From positions 22,297-86,296 of the forward strand of contig JBEKYM010000008.1 in the NCBI GenBank assembly GCA_049510975.1: 64,000 nucleotides of DNA, given 5' to 3'. Of this stretch, positions 32,513 through 41,647 are shown piece by piece. This DNA comes from Acidimicrobiales bacterium. Its GTDB lineage: Bacteria; Actinomycetota; Acidimicrobiia; Acidimicrobiales; Bog-793. The notes beneath the pieces are model-generated. The model did no database searches. It saw only the letters and a list, made by a program, of their open reading frames with translations, and had not been told where the DNA came from. The first letter of the stretch is position 1. The number at the start of each line of letters is the position of its first letter. Both the position numbers and the translations under genes were made by a program.

Positions 32513-33906
32513 GCGCTATGGATCGCATGGGACCACTCGATGCCTCGTTCCTCTTCTTGGAAGATGGCATCACGCATCTCCACATCGCCTCGTGCGCCGT
32601 GTTCGCCGGCCCCGCCCCGAGCTACGACGAAGTGGCAGCGGCCATGACGGCGAAGCTCGACCAGGTGCCGAGGTACCGGCAGGTCGTGCGTTTCGTTCCG
32701 CTCGAGCTCGGGCTGCCCGTGTGGCTCGACGACCCTCACTTCTCGCTCGAGTACCACCTTCGCCACACCGCCCTTCCCGCTCCCGGCGGGCCGGCCGAGC
32801 TCAGGCAGCTCATGGGCCGGTTGATGTCACAAGAGCTCGACCGGCGCCGTCCACTGTGGGAGGCCTACGTGATCGAGGGGCTCGAGGGCGACAGATGGGC
32901 GCTCGTCACGAAGATCCATCACTGCATGGCCGACGGCGTGTCGGGGACGGACCTGTTGAGCGTGATCCTCGATCAGGAGCCGCGCCCGGCGGCGTCGCCC
33001 GTCGTGGCGTTCGCGCCGAAGGGCCAGCCTTCGGACCTGAAGCTGGCTGCTGATGCGCTCGTCCACCTCGCCAAAAGCCCCTACGAGCAGCTCCAAGCCG
33101 CCCGGAGGGTGCTGCGAAAGCCAGGCGAGGCGATCACCCAGCTGCGCGAGCTCGCCGGCGGCGTGGCCTCCTACGCCCGGCGGCTGGCTCCGACGGAGCG
33201 CAGCTCGATCGTCGGCAGCATCGGCCCGAACCGCCGGTGGACCTGGGTCGGTGCGGAGCTCGACGACTTGAAGACGATCCGCAAGCACCTCGGTGGGACC
33301 GTCAACGACGTGATCCTGTCGGTCATCGCCGGGGGGTTTCGCGACCTGCTGATGGGCCGTGGGGAGCCCGTCGACGAGCTCGTCGTGCGGACCCTCGTTC
33401 CCGTCTCGGTCCGCCGCGAGGACGAGCGCGGCACCTACAACAACCGGGTGTCGGCGGTCTTCGCCGACCTGCCCGTCTCCATCGGCGAGCCGCTCGAACG
33501 GCTGGCGGCCGTCTGCGGTCAGATGGAGGCGCTGAAGGCGTCGCACCAGACACTGGCCGGAGAGAGCCTGACGTCGCTCGGTGAGATGACGCCGTTCGCC
33601 GGTATCGTCCTCGGCGAGCGCGCCGCCATGGCGGTGCTGCGCCGCTTGCCGCAGCACAGCATCAACACCGTCACGACGAACGTGCCCGGTCCGCAGTTCC
33701 CGCTCTACCTGGCAGGCCGTGAGATGCTCGACTACCTGCCGTTCGTCCCCATTGCCCACGGCGTCCGCATCGGCGTGGCCATCACGTCCTACAACGGGCA
33801 CGTGGCCTTCGGCATCACCGGCGACTACGACACCGCGCCGGACATCGACGTCCTCGCACGGGGCATCGAGGACGGCATCACCGAGTTGCTCAAAGCCGCT
33901 CAGTAA
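32509..33906 (+). CDS. WS/DGAT family O-acyltransferase (second paralogue)
   Basis: HHCMADG, RPLWE, GTVNDV and TNVPGP; ATGA overlap with the upstream gene. Confidence 0.92.
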   Translation: MSAMDRMGPLDASFLFLEDGITHLHIASCAVFAGPAPSYDEVAAAMTAKLDQVPRYRQVVRFVPLELGLPVWLDDPHFSLEYHLRHTALPAPGGPAELRQLMGRLMSQELDRRRPLWEAYVIEGLEGDRWALVTKIHHCMADGVSGTDLLSVILDQEPRPAASPVVAFAPKGQPSDLKLAADALVHLAKSPYEQLQAARRVLRKPGEAITQLRELAGGVASYARRLAPTERSSIVGSIGPNRRWTWVGAELDDLKTIRKHLGGTVNDVILSVIAGGFRDLLMGRGEPVDELVVRTLVPVSVRREDERGTYNNRVSAVFADLPVSIGEPLERLAAVCGQMEALKASHQTLAGESLTSLGEMTPFAGIVLGERAAMAVLRRLPQHSINTVTTNVPGPQFPLYLAGREMLDYLPFVPIAHGVRIGVAITSYNGHVAFGITGDYDTAPDIDVLARGIEDGITELLKAAQ

Positions 33907-33910
33907 CCCA

Positions 33911-33970
33911 GCCGTCCTCGATCAGGCGGCTGTCCTCGATCAGGCGGCTGTCCCCGATCAGGCCGCTGTC
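33911..33970. repeat. 18-bp tandem repeat, about 3.3 copies
   Basis: GCCGTCCTCGATCAGGCG / GCTGTCCTCGATCAGGCG / GCTGTCCCCGATCAGGCC / GCTGTC. Confidence 0.85.
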
Positions 33971-34884
33971 GGCGTGCTCGGCGCAGGTCCGTGCCGGCCT
34001 GTGATCCGCCGCCGCAGGCGCCAGATGACGAACGCGATGGCCGCCAACACGATGACCGGGAACGCCCAGCCGATCGCGAGCACGATGGCGCGGGCTGCCA
34101 CTGCGGTGTTGTGGCCGGCAGTCTTCAGTGCGTGAACGACGGAGTTCGTTCCCGGCTTGGCTTTGCGGGCCGAGTGAGCGGCGAGTGGCACGAGGGCCAC
34201 CGACAAGGTGGCATAGCTCGCCCGATCGATGAGCGAGCTCTGCTGGGCGCTGAGCTGCTCGATGTCGCTCTCGACGCCGAAGAGCTGATCTTGCACCGCC
34301 AGGATGGAGGGGATCGAGCCCGCCCGGGCGATGAGCGTGCGCAGAGCGCCCTCCTCGGCCTTCAGGTTCGTGATGCGAGCCGCCAGGTTGATGCTCTCTC
34401 CCGTCACGTCCTCGCCGTTCTCGGACTGCGACTCCACCTTGGCGAAGGCGTCGACCCGCGTGACGAGCTCCCCGAAGTCGTTGCTCGGTACGCGCACGAC
34501 GAGCGTGGCGCCCGTCGTGTCCCCGGCTGCGGTGCTCGACGAGGAGGCAACGAAGCCCCCCAACGAGTCCGCCGCGTTCGACACTCGGTCGAAGATCTGA
34601 AGGATGCGGCCGCTGGCGACATCGAGTGAGACCGTGCCGGTCCGGATGACGAGCGGGCCGTTCGGCGTCACGGTCGCCCCGACCTCGCCGGCAGCCGTTC
34701 GGCTGGCCACTCCCGTCGTGGAGCGGCTCGCCGGCGCAGCGATGCCCTCGTTCGCCATCGTCGTCGACGGCGAGGATGCGGACATGGAAGGCGAGGACAC
34801 ACCCGAGCAAGCAGCCAGAGCCCCTCCGCCCAACACGGCGAGTGAGATCACTGCAAGGACGGTCCGCTGGTGTGCTCTCATCAT
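33958..34884 (-). CDS. DUF4349 domain lipoprotein
   Basis: Lipobox LAAC; VIRTGTVSL, LVVRVPS and EDVT; coiled coil; C-terminal TM segment. Start at ATG 34884 with GAGGAG RBS. Confidence 0.85.
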   Translation of the reverse strand: MMRAHQRTVLAVISLAVLGGGALAACSGVSSPSMSASSPSTTMANEGIAAPASRSTTGVASRTAAGEVGATVTPNGPLVIRTGTVSLDVASGRILQIFDRVSNAADSLGGFVASSSSTAAGDTTGATLVVRVPSNDFGELVTRVDAFAKVESQSENGEDVTGESINLAARITNLKAEEGALRTLIARAGSIPSILAVQDQLFGVESDIEQLSAQQSSLIDRASYATLSVALVPLAAHSARKAKPGTNSVVHALKTAGHNTAVAARAIVLAIGWAFPVIVLAAIAFVIWRLRRRITGRHGPAPSTPTAA

Positions 34885-34932
34885 CGTCGGCTCCTCAGTG
34901 GGCGGCACGGTGGATCGGGGCTTTGCTTGCTC

Positions 34933-34959
34933 TGACGCAAGCAGGAGGCTGGGAGTTCC
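34933..34959 (-). promoter_or_regulatory. SigM-type ECF promoter for the DUF4349 gene
   Basis: Minus strand GGAAC(34959-34955)-N17-CGTCA(34937-34933); mycobacterial SigM consensus is GGAAC-N16-18-CGTCR. Confidence 0.65.
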
Positions 34960-34987
34960 CGGCAATCCGGGCGGCCTAGGCTCTGCC

Positions 34988-35632
34988 ATCGGTCTCGACG
35001 AGCGAACTGACGACACTGCCTTGCTGGCGAGCGCCAGAGCAGGTGACAGCGAGGCGCTCGGGCAGTTGCTCACCTCCCAGTACGACCGCTGCTACGGCGT
35101 GTGCCGCCGCATCCTCAACAGCCAAGAGGACGCTCGGGACGCCACGCAGGAGGCGATGATCGCCATCGCTCGCGGCCTTGCGGGCTTCGATGGACGAAGC
35201 TCGTTCTCGACGTGGTGCTACCGAGTGACGACCAACGCCGCTCTGGACGAGCTTCGCCGCCGCCGGCGACGCCCAGAGCCGGCTTCGGACCGGTTGGAGG
35301 AAAGCGACGAGGGATCGCACCAGTTCAGCGGAACGGGACGAGATCGCGTGGCCGGAGCGGTGACGGACCGCCTCACCGTCGAGCGCGCCCTCGCCCAGCT
35401 GCCCGAGGACCAGCGTGTCGCCGTCGTGCTGAGGGATCTCGCCGACCTCGACTACGAGGAGATCGGCGAGGTTCTGGGCATACCCATCGGAACGGTTCGG
35501 TCGCGTATCTTTCGCGGGCGGGCAGCGCTCGCCGACCTGCTGGTCGAACGGGGACGATCGACCGCCGTAACGACACCGCAACGCGACGAAACCGGTCCGG
35601 CATCCGTCGAATCAGGTGAGACACCACCATGA
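34988..35632 (+). CDS. ECF RNA polymerase sigma factor (SigM-like)
   Basis: DARDATQEAM, FDGRSSFSTWCYRVTTNAALDELRRR and YEEIGEVLGIPIGTVRSRIFRGR. Start ambiguous (GTG 34898/34910, ATC 34988 or TTG 35021). Confidence 0.88.
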   Translation: MGLDERTDDTALLASARAGDSEALGQLLTSQYDRCYGVCRRILNSQEDARDATQEAMIAIARGLAGFDGRSSFSTWCYRVTTNAALDELRRRRRRPEPASDRLEESDEGSHQFSGTGRDRVAGAVTDRLTVERALAQLPEDQRVAVVLRDLADLDYEEIGEVLGIPIGTVRSRIFRGRAALADLLVERGRSTAVTTPQRDETGPASVESGETPP

Positions 35633-36501
35633 CCGACCAATTCGACCCGCCTCCAGGCCAGCCCTCATCTCCGCCGATTGAGCACATCGACGGCGAGCCG
35701 GCGACTGAGCACATCGCCGCCGAGCCGGCGACTGAGCACATCGCCGGCGAGGAGCTCTCCGCCCTCGTGGACGGCGAGCTCGGCGGCGATCGCGCCGCCG
35801 TCGTGCTCGAGCATCTGGCTTCTTGCCAGGCCTGCGAGCGGGATCGCCATGCCCTGGCCGAGACGCGGCGCCTGCTCGGCCAGCTGCCGACGACCGTCGA
35901 CGCCGCCGCTCGGGCCTCGGCCGTGGCAGCCGCACTGGCAGTAGTCGGGACGGCAGCAGTGGGGACGGCAGCAGTCGGGGCGGACCGGCCGGCATCCAAT
36001 GTCGTGACCATGCAACGTCACCGGCGCCGGTACCGGGCCGTTGCCATCGCCGCCAGCGTCCTCCTCGCCTGCGGCGTCGCCGGCGGGATCGACGTCTTGC
36101 ATCACAGCTTGGGGTCCTCCAGCTCCATGAGCGTTGCCCGCCCGCGCGGCCAGCAGAGCGCGAGCGGCGGCGTCACTTCGACCACCACGGTGTCGCAGAC
36201 GATCGAGTTCCGGGCGCTCGAGACCAGCAACGCCCTCGGACCTGTGCTCGATGTGCTCGGCCCGGGATCGGCCACGAAGGTCCGGCTGTCGGCTGGGAAA
36301 GCCGGGCGCTTCACGGCGCTCGTGGTGCTGGCTCCTTCCCATCCGGTGCCTGCTGCGTTGCGGGCCGCCCGGCAGATCGTCGTCCTGGCCCTGCCCGCCG
36401 GCACCCGGCTCGGTCTCCTCGATCGTGCCGGCAGCGGCACGATCCAGATCGGAGAGCTCACCGAGCGGGCGGCTCTCGAGGTGCGGCGCTTGCTCAGCTG
36501 A
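35629..36501 (+). CDS. Zinc-binding (zf-HC2/ZAS) transmembrane anti-sigma factor
   Basis: LSALVDGEL...HLASCQAC, one TM helix and an extracytoplasmic domain; ATGA overlap with the sigma gene. Confidence 0.82.
   Translation: MTDQFDPPPGQPSSPPIEHIDGEPATEHIAAEPATEHIAGEELSALVDGELGGDRAAVVLEHLASCQACERDRHALAETRRLLGQLPTTVDAAARASAVAAALAVVGTAAVGTAAVGADRPASNVVTMQRHRRRYRAVAIAASVLLACGVAGGIDVLHHSLGSSSSMSVARPRGQQSASGGVTSTTTVSQTIEFRALETSNALGPVLDVLGPGSATKVRLSAGKAGRFTALVVLAPSHPVPAALRAARQIVVLALPAGTRLGLLDRAGSGTIQIGELTERAALEVRRLLS
35680..35751 (+). repeat. 27-bp in-frame tandem repeat (EHIxxEPAT, about 2.7 copies)
   Basis: GAGCACATCGACGGCGAGCCGGCGACT / GAGCACATCGCCGCCGAGCCGGCGACT / GAGCACATCGCCGGCGAG. Confidence 0.85.
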
Positions 36502-36596
36502 GGCTTTTGGCAACGCCGCTGTCGTTGCCGGGCGAGTTTGCCACTGTGCGATAATTCGCCCCGACATTCCGGCTGCGAGCGAGCTGAGTACTTCCT

Positions 36597-39500
36597 ATGG
36601 GCCGCCTTCCGTCTCACCACGTGCGTCGTCCACGCCTGACGTCGCGCTGCGCCGGCGCCGAGGTCGTCGTCGTCGAGGCGGCCGCCGGCTACGGGAAGTC
36701 CGTGTTCGCCGCGGAGCTTGTCGACGCCTGGGGCGCGGTTGCCATCGACGTGCTGCTCGAGGAAGGAAGCGTCTCGGCGCAGTTGCTCGTGGGACGACTG
36801 CATGCGGCAGTCGCCCGGGCGGGGTTTCTCGAGGCGGCAGCGTCGATGGCCGAAGCCGGAGAGGACGTCGTCGGGGCGGTGGACGCCGTCATCCGAGCCC
36901 TCGACGGAGAGTCCTGCGCCATCGTCATCGACGATGCCCACCACGCCGCCCGTGACGCCGGGCACGTCATCAGCAGGATCGCCGGCGAGCTCGGACCGTC
37001 GCAGCACCTCGTCGTGCTCGCTCGTCGCCTGCCTGCTGGTGCCGAGCGGCTGCGCCGGGGCGACGCCGTGCACCTCGGCGCCGACGACCTCGCCCTCCGC
37101 ACGGACGAAACCCTCGAACTGTGCCGCTCAGGCTTCGGGCTCGACGTGGAGACGGGAGACGCCAGACTGCTCGACCAGGCGACCGGTGGATGGACGGCGG
37201 CCACCGTGCTCGCCGCCTCGCGGGCGAAGCGCACCGGTGAGGCGTTGCCCGCCATCGCCCGGATCGCCGGCGGTGGCAAGGCGCCGGCCGGCGCGGTCGC
37301 CTCGATCCTCGAGGAGGTCCTCGTCGGGTTCGGCGCCGAGCGCGAGCTCCTCATGCGCGTTGCCCAGCTCCCGCTGCTCGACAAGGAGTTGGTGGACGAG
37401 GTGACGGGGCGGGCGGGTTTCTTCGATCGTGCGCTCGAGCTCGGGCTGCCGCTCACGCCGGCACGAGACGACTGGTGGGAGCTTCCCGGGCCCGTGCGAG
37501 ACCATCTCGCCGCCGCCGGCAAGCCGGAGCCTGCCGTCCTGGCGACGGCGGCGGCACACTACGGGCGTCGGGGCGAGCTCAGCACCGCCTTCCAGCTCCT
37601 CCTCGGCGCCGGCGAGCTCGAGGAGGTCGGGGAGCTGCTCGCCCGCGCCGAACCTCGCGACATCGAGCCGATCGACCCGCTGGAGCTGCGCTCGGTCATC
37701 AGCCGCCTGGGCGACGCGGTCCTCGAGCGCTTCCCGCTCGCCATGCTGCACGTGGCCCGCGCCTGTGAGTCGGCCGCCCTCTTGGAGCTGCGCGCCGACC
37801 TCATGGCCCGGGCCGTCGAGGCGGCCGGCCAGCTGGGTGAGCCGGCCCTCCTGCGGGCGGTCGAGGCCGAGCGCGCCTCGGACCTCATGCGTGACGCCGC
37901 CGGCTCGAGCGAAGTCGAATTGCTGGCACGCCGCGTGCTGAGCGAGACGGCGCCGGAGGAGCAGCTCACCCGTGCCCGCTTGTTGTCCGTGCTCGGCCGG
38001 GCGACGTGCTGGCGCCGCGACGAGAGCGGGCGCCGCCAGGAGGCGACCCAACCCGAAGCCGCCGGATACCTCGAGCAGGCTTCGCAGCTGTACCTCGAGC
38101 TCGGCCTGCGCGCCGCTGCGGCTGGGCTCGCTCCCTACCGCGCCATCTGGATTCATTTCGCTCTCGGCCGCCCCCTCGAGGCACTCGCCGTGCTGAACGA
38201 GGCGCTCGCCCTCGTTCTCGACCGCCCCCGGCGCTATGCCTACGTGCTCATCTTTCGCGCCGAGGTCCTCCTCGAGCTCGGGCGCTACGACGAGATGGAG
38301 GCTGCCCTCGCCGAAGTCGAGCGGATCGCCGAGCAGCTCGGGGGGTCCGATCAGCTGTCGGCCTACGCCCAGTGGCAGCGCCTGCAAGCGGCTTCCCTGC
38401 GTGGCGACGCCACTGCAGTCGTCGAGCACGCCCGCCTCGTCGAGGCGAGCCGAGGCCAGTGGTGGGACGTCGCCGGCCCCGACTTTCTCGCCGATGCGGC
38501 CGACTGCCTCGACCGGGTCGGCCACACCGCCCTGGCCTCGGAGTACCTCGAGCGGGCGATCGCCCGACCGGGCGACGCCACGGCCCTCATCGCCATGGCC
38601 AAAGGCGCCTTGCTCGCTCGCCATGGTGACCCGACCCAGGCCGAGGAAGCACTCGCCGAGGCGGTCGAAGCCGGCGCCGATGTCCGCGAGCACTGGCGGG
38701 TCACGCTGCTTCGCGCCTTTGCTGCGTACCGGCGCGGCGATCCGGAGGCCGGTGCGCTGGCAGCCCGAGCCTTCGAGGAGGCCGCCCGCATCGGGCAGCC
38801 CCAGTTGCCACTGCTTCGCGAGCGGGACATCACCGAGTCGTTGCTGGGTCTTGCCATCGAGACGGGCCAACCGGCTGCCCTCGCGCTCGAGGCCTCGTCG
38901 CTGCCGCTCGCCCTCAGCCTGCTCGGCCGGTTCGAGCTGAGCCAGGGCGGCCGGCCGGTCGCGCTCGGCGAGGGGCAACCTGCCCAGCTGCTCAAGTTCG
39001 TGGCCGTGAGCGGGGGCAAGGTGCCCGCCGAACGAGCCATCGAGGCACTCTGGCCCGAGGCCGTCGTCGAGGCCGGGCGCAACCGCCTCCGCACGGTGCT
39101 GAGCCGCCTCCGAGAGGCCGCCGGTGACGTCGTGACCCGCGAGGGCGAGCTGCTCGTGCTGGCGCCGGACATCCGCGTCGACCTCGCCCAATTCCACGCC
39201 GAGGCGCGGCAGGCCCTCGCCCTCGGAGCGTCCGAAGCCACTCCGGCTGTGGCGGTCGCCCGGTCGGCGGTGTCGCGGTTTCGGGGGGATCTCCTCCCGT
39301 ACGACGTCTACGAAGACTGGCTCGAGGCGCCCCGGGAGGCTGCTCGACGGACCATGCTCGATCTGCTCGACCTGTGCGCCGAAGCTGCCGCCGCCCGCGC
39401 CGACCTCGACGAGCTGCGCCGCGTCGTCGAGCGCACGATCGAGCTGGCGCCCTACGACGACGCCCGCTACCTGAGGGCTGCTTCGGTGCTGCTCGAGCAA

Positions 39501-39614
39501 GGTCGCAAGGGGGCCGCCCTGGCGGTCGTTCGCCGCGCCCGGGCGGCGCTCTCCGAGCTCGGGCTGGAGCCGCCCCTGCAGCTGATCAGGCTGGAGCGCT
39601 CACTCGTCGCCTGA
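36597..39614 (+). CDS. MalT-like ATPase/TPR regulator with C-terminal OmpR-HTH/BTAD domains
   Basis: AAAGYGKS Walker A, IVIDDAH and TGGW; C-terminal LSLLGRFEL...ALWPE...RNRLRTVLSRLR...FRGDLL...YEDW. Confidence 0.8.
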   Translation: MGRLPSHHVRRPRLTSRCAGAEVVVVEAAAGYGKSVFAAELVDAWGAVAIDVLLEEGSVSAQLLVGRLHAAVARAGFLEAAASMAEAGEDVVGAVDAVIRALDGESCAIVIDDAHHAARDAGHVISRIAGELGPSQHLVVLARRLPAGAERLRRGDAVHLGADDLALRTDETLELCRSGFGLDVETGDARLLDQATGGWTAATVLAASRAKRTGEALPAIARIAGGGKAPAGAVASILEEVLVGFGAERELLMRVAQLPLLDKELVDEVTGRAGFFDRALELGLPLTPARDDWWELPGPVRDHLAAAGKPEPAVLATAAAHYGRRGELSTAFQLLLGAGELEEVGELLARAEPRDIEPIDPLELRSVISRLGDAVLERFPLAMLHVARACESAALLELRADLMARAVEAAGQLGEPALLRAVEAERASDLMRDAAGSSEVELLARRVLSETAPEEQLTRARLLSVLGRATCWRRDESGRRQEATQPEAAGYLEQASQLYLELGLRAAAAGLAPYRAIWIHFALGRPLEALAVLNEALALVLDRPRRYAYVLIFRAEVLLELGRYDEMEAALAEVERIAEQLGGSDQLSAYAQWQRLQAASLRGDATAVVEHARLVEASRGQWWDVAGPDFLADAADCLDRVGHTALASEYLERAIARPGDATALIAMAKGALLARHGDPTQAEEALAEAVEAGADVREHWRVTLLRAFAAYRRGDPEAGALAARAFEEAARIGQPQLPLLRERDITESLLGLAIETGQPAALALEASSLPLALSLLGRFELSQGGRPVALGEGQPAQLLKFVAVSGGKVPAERAIEALWPEAVVEAGRNRLRTVLSRLREAAGDVVTREGELLVLAPDIRVDLAQFHAEARQALALGASEATPAVAVARSAVSRFRGDLLPYDVYEDWLEAPREAARRTMLDLLDLCAEAAAARADLDELRRVVERTIELAPYDDARYLRAASVLLEQGRKGAALAVVRRARAALSELGLEPPLQLIRLERSLVA

Positions 39615-40076
39615 GCTCGGCCGTCGAGTGCTCGTCGAGCAGCCGGCACAGCGCCCGAGCACGGCAAAATGCCGGGGGTCGATGTGGAAGCCGAAACGCC
39701 CCTCGGCCCCCTTCGACAGGCTCGCGAACAGCTCCTCGGGCGCCTCCAAGGTCAGCCCGCAGCGCTCGCAGACGAGGTGGCCATGGGCTGACGACGACAG
39801 GTGATAGCTGGCGGGGCCGTGCCCGAGGTGCGTGTGCACGATCACGCCGAGCCGCTCGAGCTCGTCGAGGTTGCGGTAGATCGTCGAGAGGTGAATGTCG
39901 GGAGCTCTCGCCTGGATTTCGGCGGCGAGGTCCTCGGCGGTGCGGTGACCGGCGGACGCAAAGAGCGCCTCCAGCAGCTGCCGGCGCGCCGTCGTCACCC
40001 GCCCGCCGCGGGCACGCAGGAGGGAGAGGACCTCCTCGACCCGCTCGGCAGAGGTGCGCTCCGGTGCAGTCGTCAC
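39600..40076 (-). CDS. Fur family transcriptional regulator
   Basis: RVTTARR, HRTAEDL, STIYRNL, HGHLVCERCG and GRCAGC. Confidence 0.9.
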   Translation of the reverse strand: MTTAPERTSAERVEEVLSLLRARGGRVTTARRQLLEALFASAGHRTAEDLAAEIQARAPDIHLSTIYRNLDELERLGVIVHTHLGHGPASYHLSSSAHGHLVCERCGLTLEAPEELFASLSKGAEGRFGFHIDPRHFAVLGRCAGCSTSTRRPSSGDE

Positions 40077-40095
40077 GAAAACCCAGCTTACGACG

Positions 40096-40155
40096 GTTGC
40101 GCCGGCCAGCGGTGCTGCGGCCAGCGGTGCGCCGGCCAGCGGTGCGCGGGCCGGC
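40096..40155. repeat. 15-bp tandem repeat x4 in the fucosidase-fur intergenic region
   Basis: GTTGCGCCGGCCAGC / GGTGCTGCGGCCAGC / GGTGCGCCGGCCAGC / GGTGCGCGGGCCGGC. Confidence 0.8.
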
Positions 40156-40162
40156 TGGGGGC

Positions 40163-41638
40163 CTAGGCCGAGGTTGCCGCCGGGCGGGCTCTGGCGTCGC
40201 GCACGACGACGGCGACGGGATGCTCAGCGGTGGCCGCGCGGTGCAAGGTCACGGCGAGGCCGGCGGCATCGAAGGAGGACTCGAGCTCGACGCCGCTCAG
40301 GTCGGTCACCGTCGATGCCGGACCCGTCTCGATCTCAGCCAGGGTGACGTGTTCCACCGGTGGATCCCCGGGGCCCGGCCGCACGAAGGCGAAGACGTCA
40401 CGATCGCGGGCGGTGTAGCGGAACTCGGCACCGGGCGAGGACCCCTCGCAGTGCACCCACGGCCTCGTGCCGTAGAGGGCCGTGCCGTTCTCCGCCGTGA
40501 AGGACGCCAGCCAGTCGAGACGCAGCAGCTGGGCCGGGGCGATCGTGGCGTCCTCGCCGCGAGGCCCGACGTTGAGCAGGAGGTTGCCGCCCTTGGAGGC
40601 GATGTCGGCGAGCGACCAGAGCAACTCGCCGGCGGGGAGGAAATGCTCCTCGCCGGAGGCCCGGTTGTGGCCGAAGCTGTGGTCGATCCCGCGGACGCAC
40701 TCCCAGGGGTGACGTTGCGGGGAGTGAAAGACCGTGTACTCGGGCGTCCGGACGTCGAAGAACGGCGGCCGGGGAGGGATGATGCCGGTGGAGGCGCGAG
40801 CCCCGCGGGCGGCCACCCGGTCGATCACGTCGCCGGCCGGGCCTGACTGAGCGAGTCGCCACAGCACCGACCAGGGCATGAATCGGTCGTTCACGACGCC
40901 GTCGGGCACGTCGCGGTAGTAGGACGCCAGCAGGGCCGCCAGCCGGCCGGCGGGGGCGGGCCAGGAGATGTCGTTCCAGAGCACGCTCGGGCGGTAGCGG
41001 GCGATGAGCTCGCGGACCTGTGACTCGGCATAGTCGACGTAGTCGCCCCGAGGCTGGGCGCGCAGCAGGTCGCTGAAGGTGCCGATCGGGTGCTCGTTGA
41101 ACGTCCAGTCGAGACCGCCGGAGTAGTACACGCCAAAACGCAGCCCTCGCCCGCGAACCGCCTCCGCCAGCTCGCCCACGACGTCGCGGCGGCAGTTCCA
41201 GCCGGGGCGGTGAGGGTTCCGAACGTCGGTGGGCCAGAGGCAGTAGCCGTCGTGATGTTTTGTCACGAGGACGACATAACGGGCGCCACAGGCGACGAAG
41301 CGGTCCGCCCACTCGCCGGCGTCCCAACCCTCGAGGGCCGCCTCCCACTCGGCGGCGAACTCCCGGTAGTCGCGAGTCCCGTAGACGTCTCGGTGGTGCC
41401 GGGCGACGGGGCTCTCGGGGAAACGCAAGGAGTTCTCGTACCACTCGGCATAGGGCGACCACGCCATGGCATGAGGATCCCGCTTCGCCATGAGCGCGCC
41501 CATGTCGGCATCCACCGGCGCGAAGGCCGGCACCGAAGCGGGCGTCCAGTGCACGAAGATGCCGAGCTTGGCGTCCCGCCACCACGCCGGCACCTCGTGG
41601 CGCCGTACGGAGCGCTGCACTTCTCGGTCGGTCGGCAT
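40163..41638 (-). CDS. Alpha-L-fucosidase (GH29)
   Basis: WWRDAKLGIFVHW, YAEWY, TKHHDGYCLW, GVYYS, LWND (nucleophile), VNDR and GGNLLLNVGP. Confidence 0.9.
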   Translation of the reverse strand: MPTDREVQRSVRRHEVPAWWRDAKLGIFVHWTPASVPAFAPVDADMGALMAKRDPHAMAWSPYAEWYENSLRFPESPVARHHRDVYGTRDYREFAAEWEAALEGWDAGEWADRFVACGARYVVLVTKHHDGYCLWPTDVRNPHRPGWNCRRDVVGELAEAVRGRGLRFGVYYSGGLDWTFNEHPIGTFSDLLRAQPRGDYVDYAESQVRELIARYRPSVLWNDISWPAPAGRLAALLASYYRDVPDGVVNDRFMPWSVLWRLAQSGPAGDVIDRVAARGARASTGIIPPRPPFFDVRTPEYTVFHSPQRHPWECVRGIDHSFGHNRASGEEHFLPAGELLWSLADIASKGGNLLLNVGPRGEDATIAPAQLLRLDWLASFTAENGTALYGTRPWVHCEGSSPGAEFRYTARDRDVFAFVRPGPGDPPVEHVTLAEIETGPASTVTDLSGVELESSFDAAGLAVTLHRAATAEHPVAVVVRDARARPAATSA

Positions 41639-41647
41639 CGGCGGAGA

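Noticed and set aside
26865-33906. 874-aa and 963-aa ORFs suggesting giant DUF1684 or WS/DGAT proteins
   Set aside because: Only the C-terminal parts carry family motifs. The upstream parts overlap the PBP and first WS/DGAT genes in other frames.
31088-33906. Tandem WS/DGAT paralogues
   Set aside because: Multiple and adjacent tgs/atf genes are common in actinobacteria, and both have normal HHxxxDG motifs.
35588-35610. GAAACC...CGTCG at the end of the sigma gene as an internal SigM promoter
   Set aside because: The spacer is only about 11 nt, too short for the 16-18 nt consensus.
33911-40155. Short repeat arrays as possible CRISPR
   Set aside because: Units are head-to-tail with no unique spacers, and there are no cas genes.
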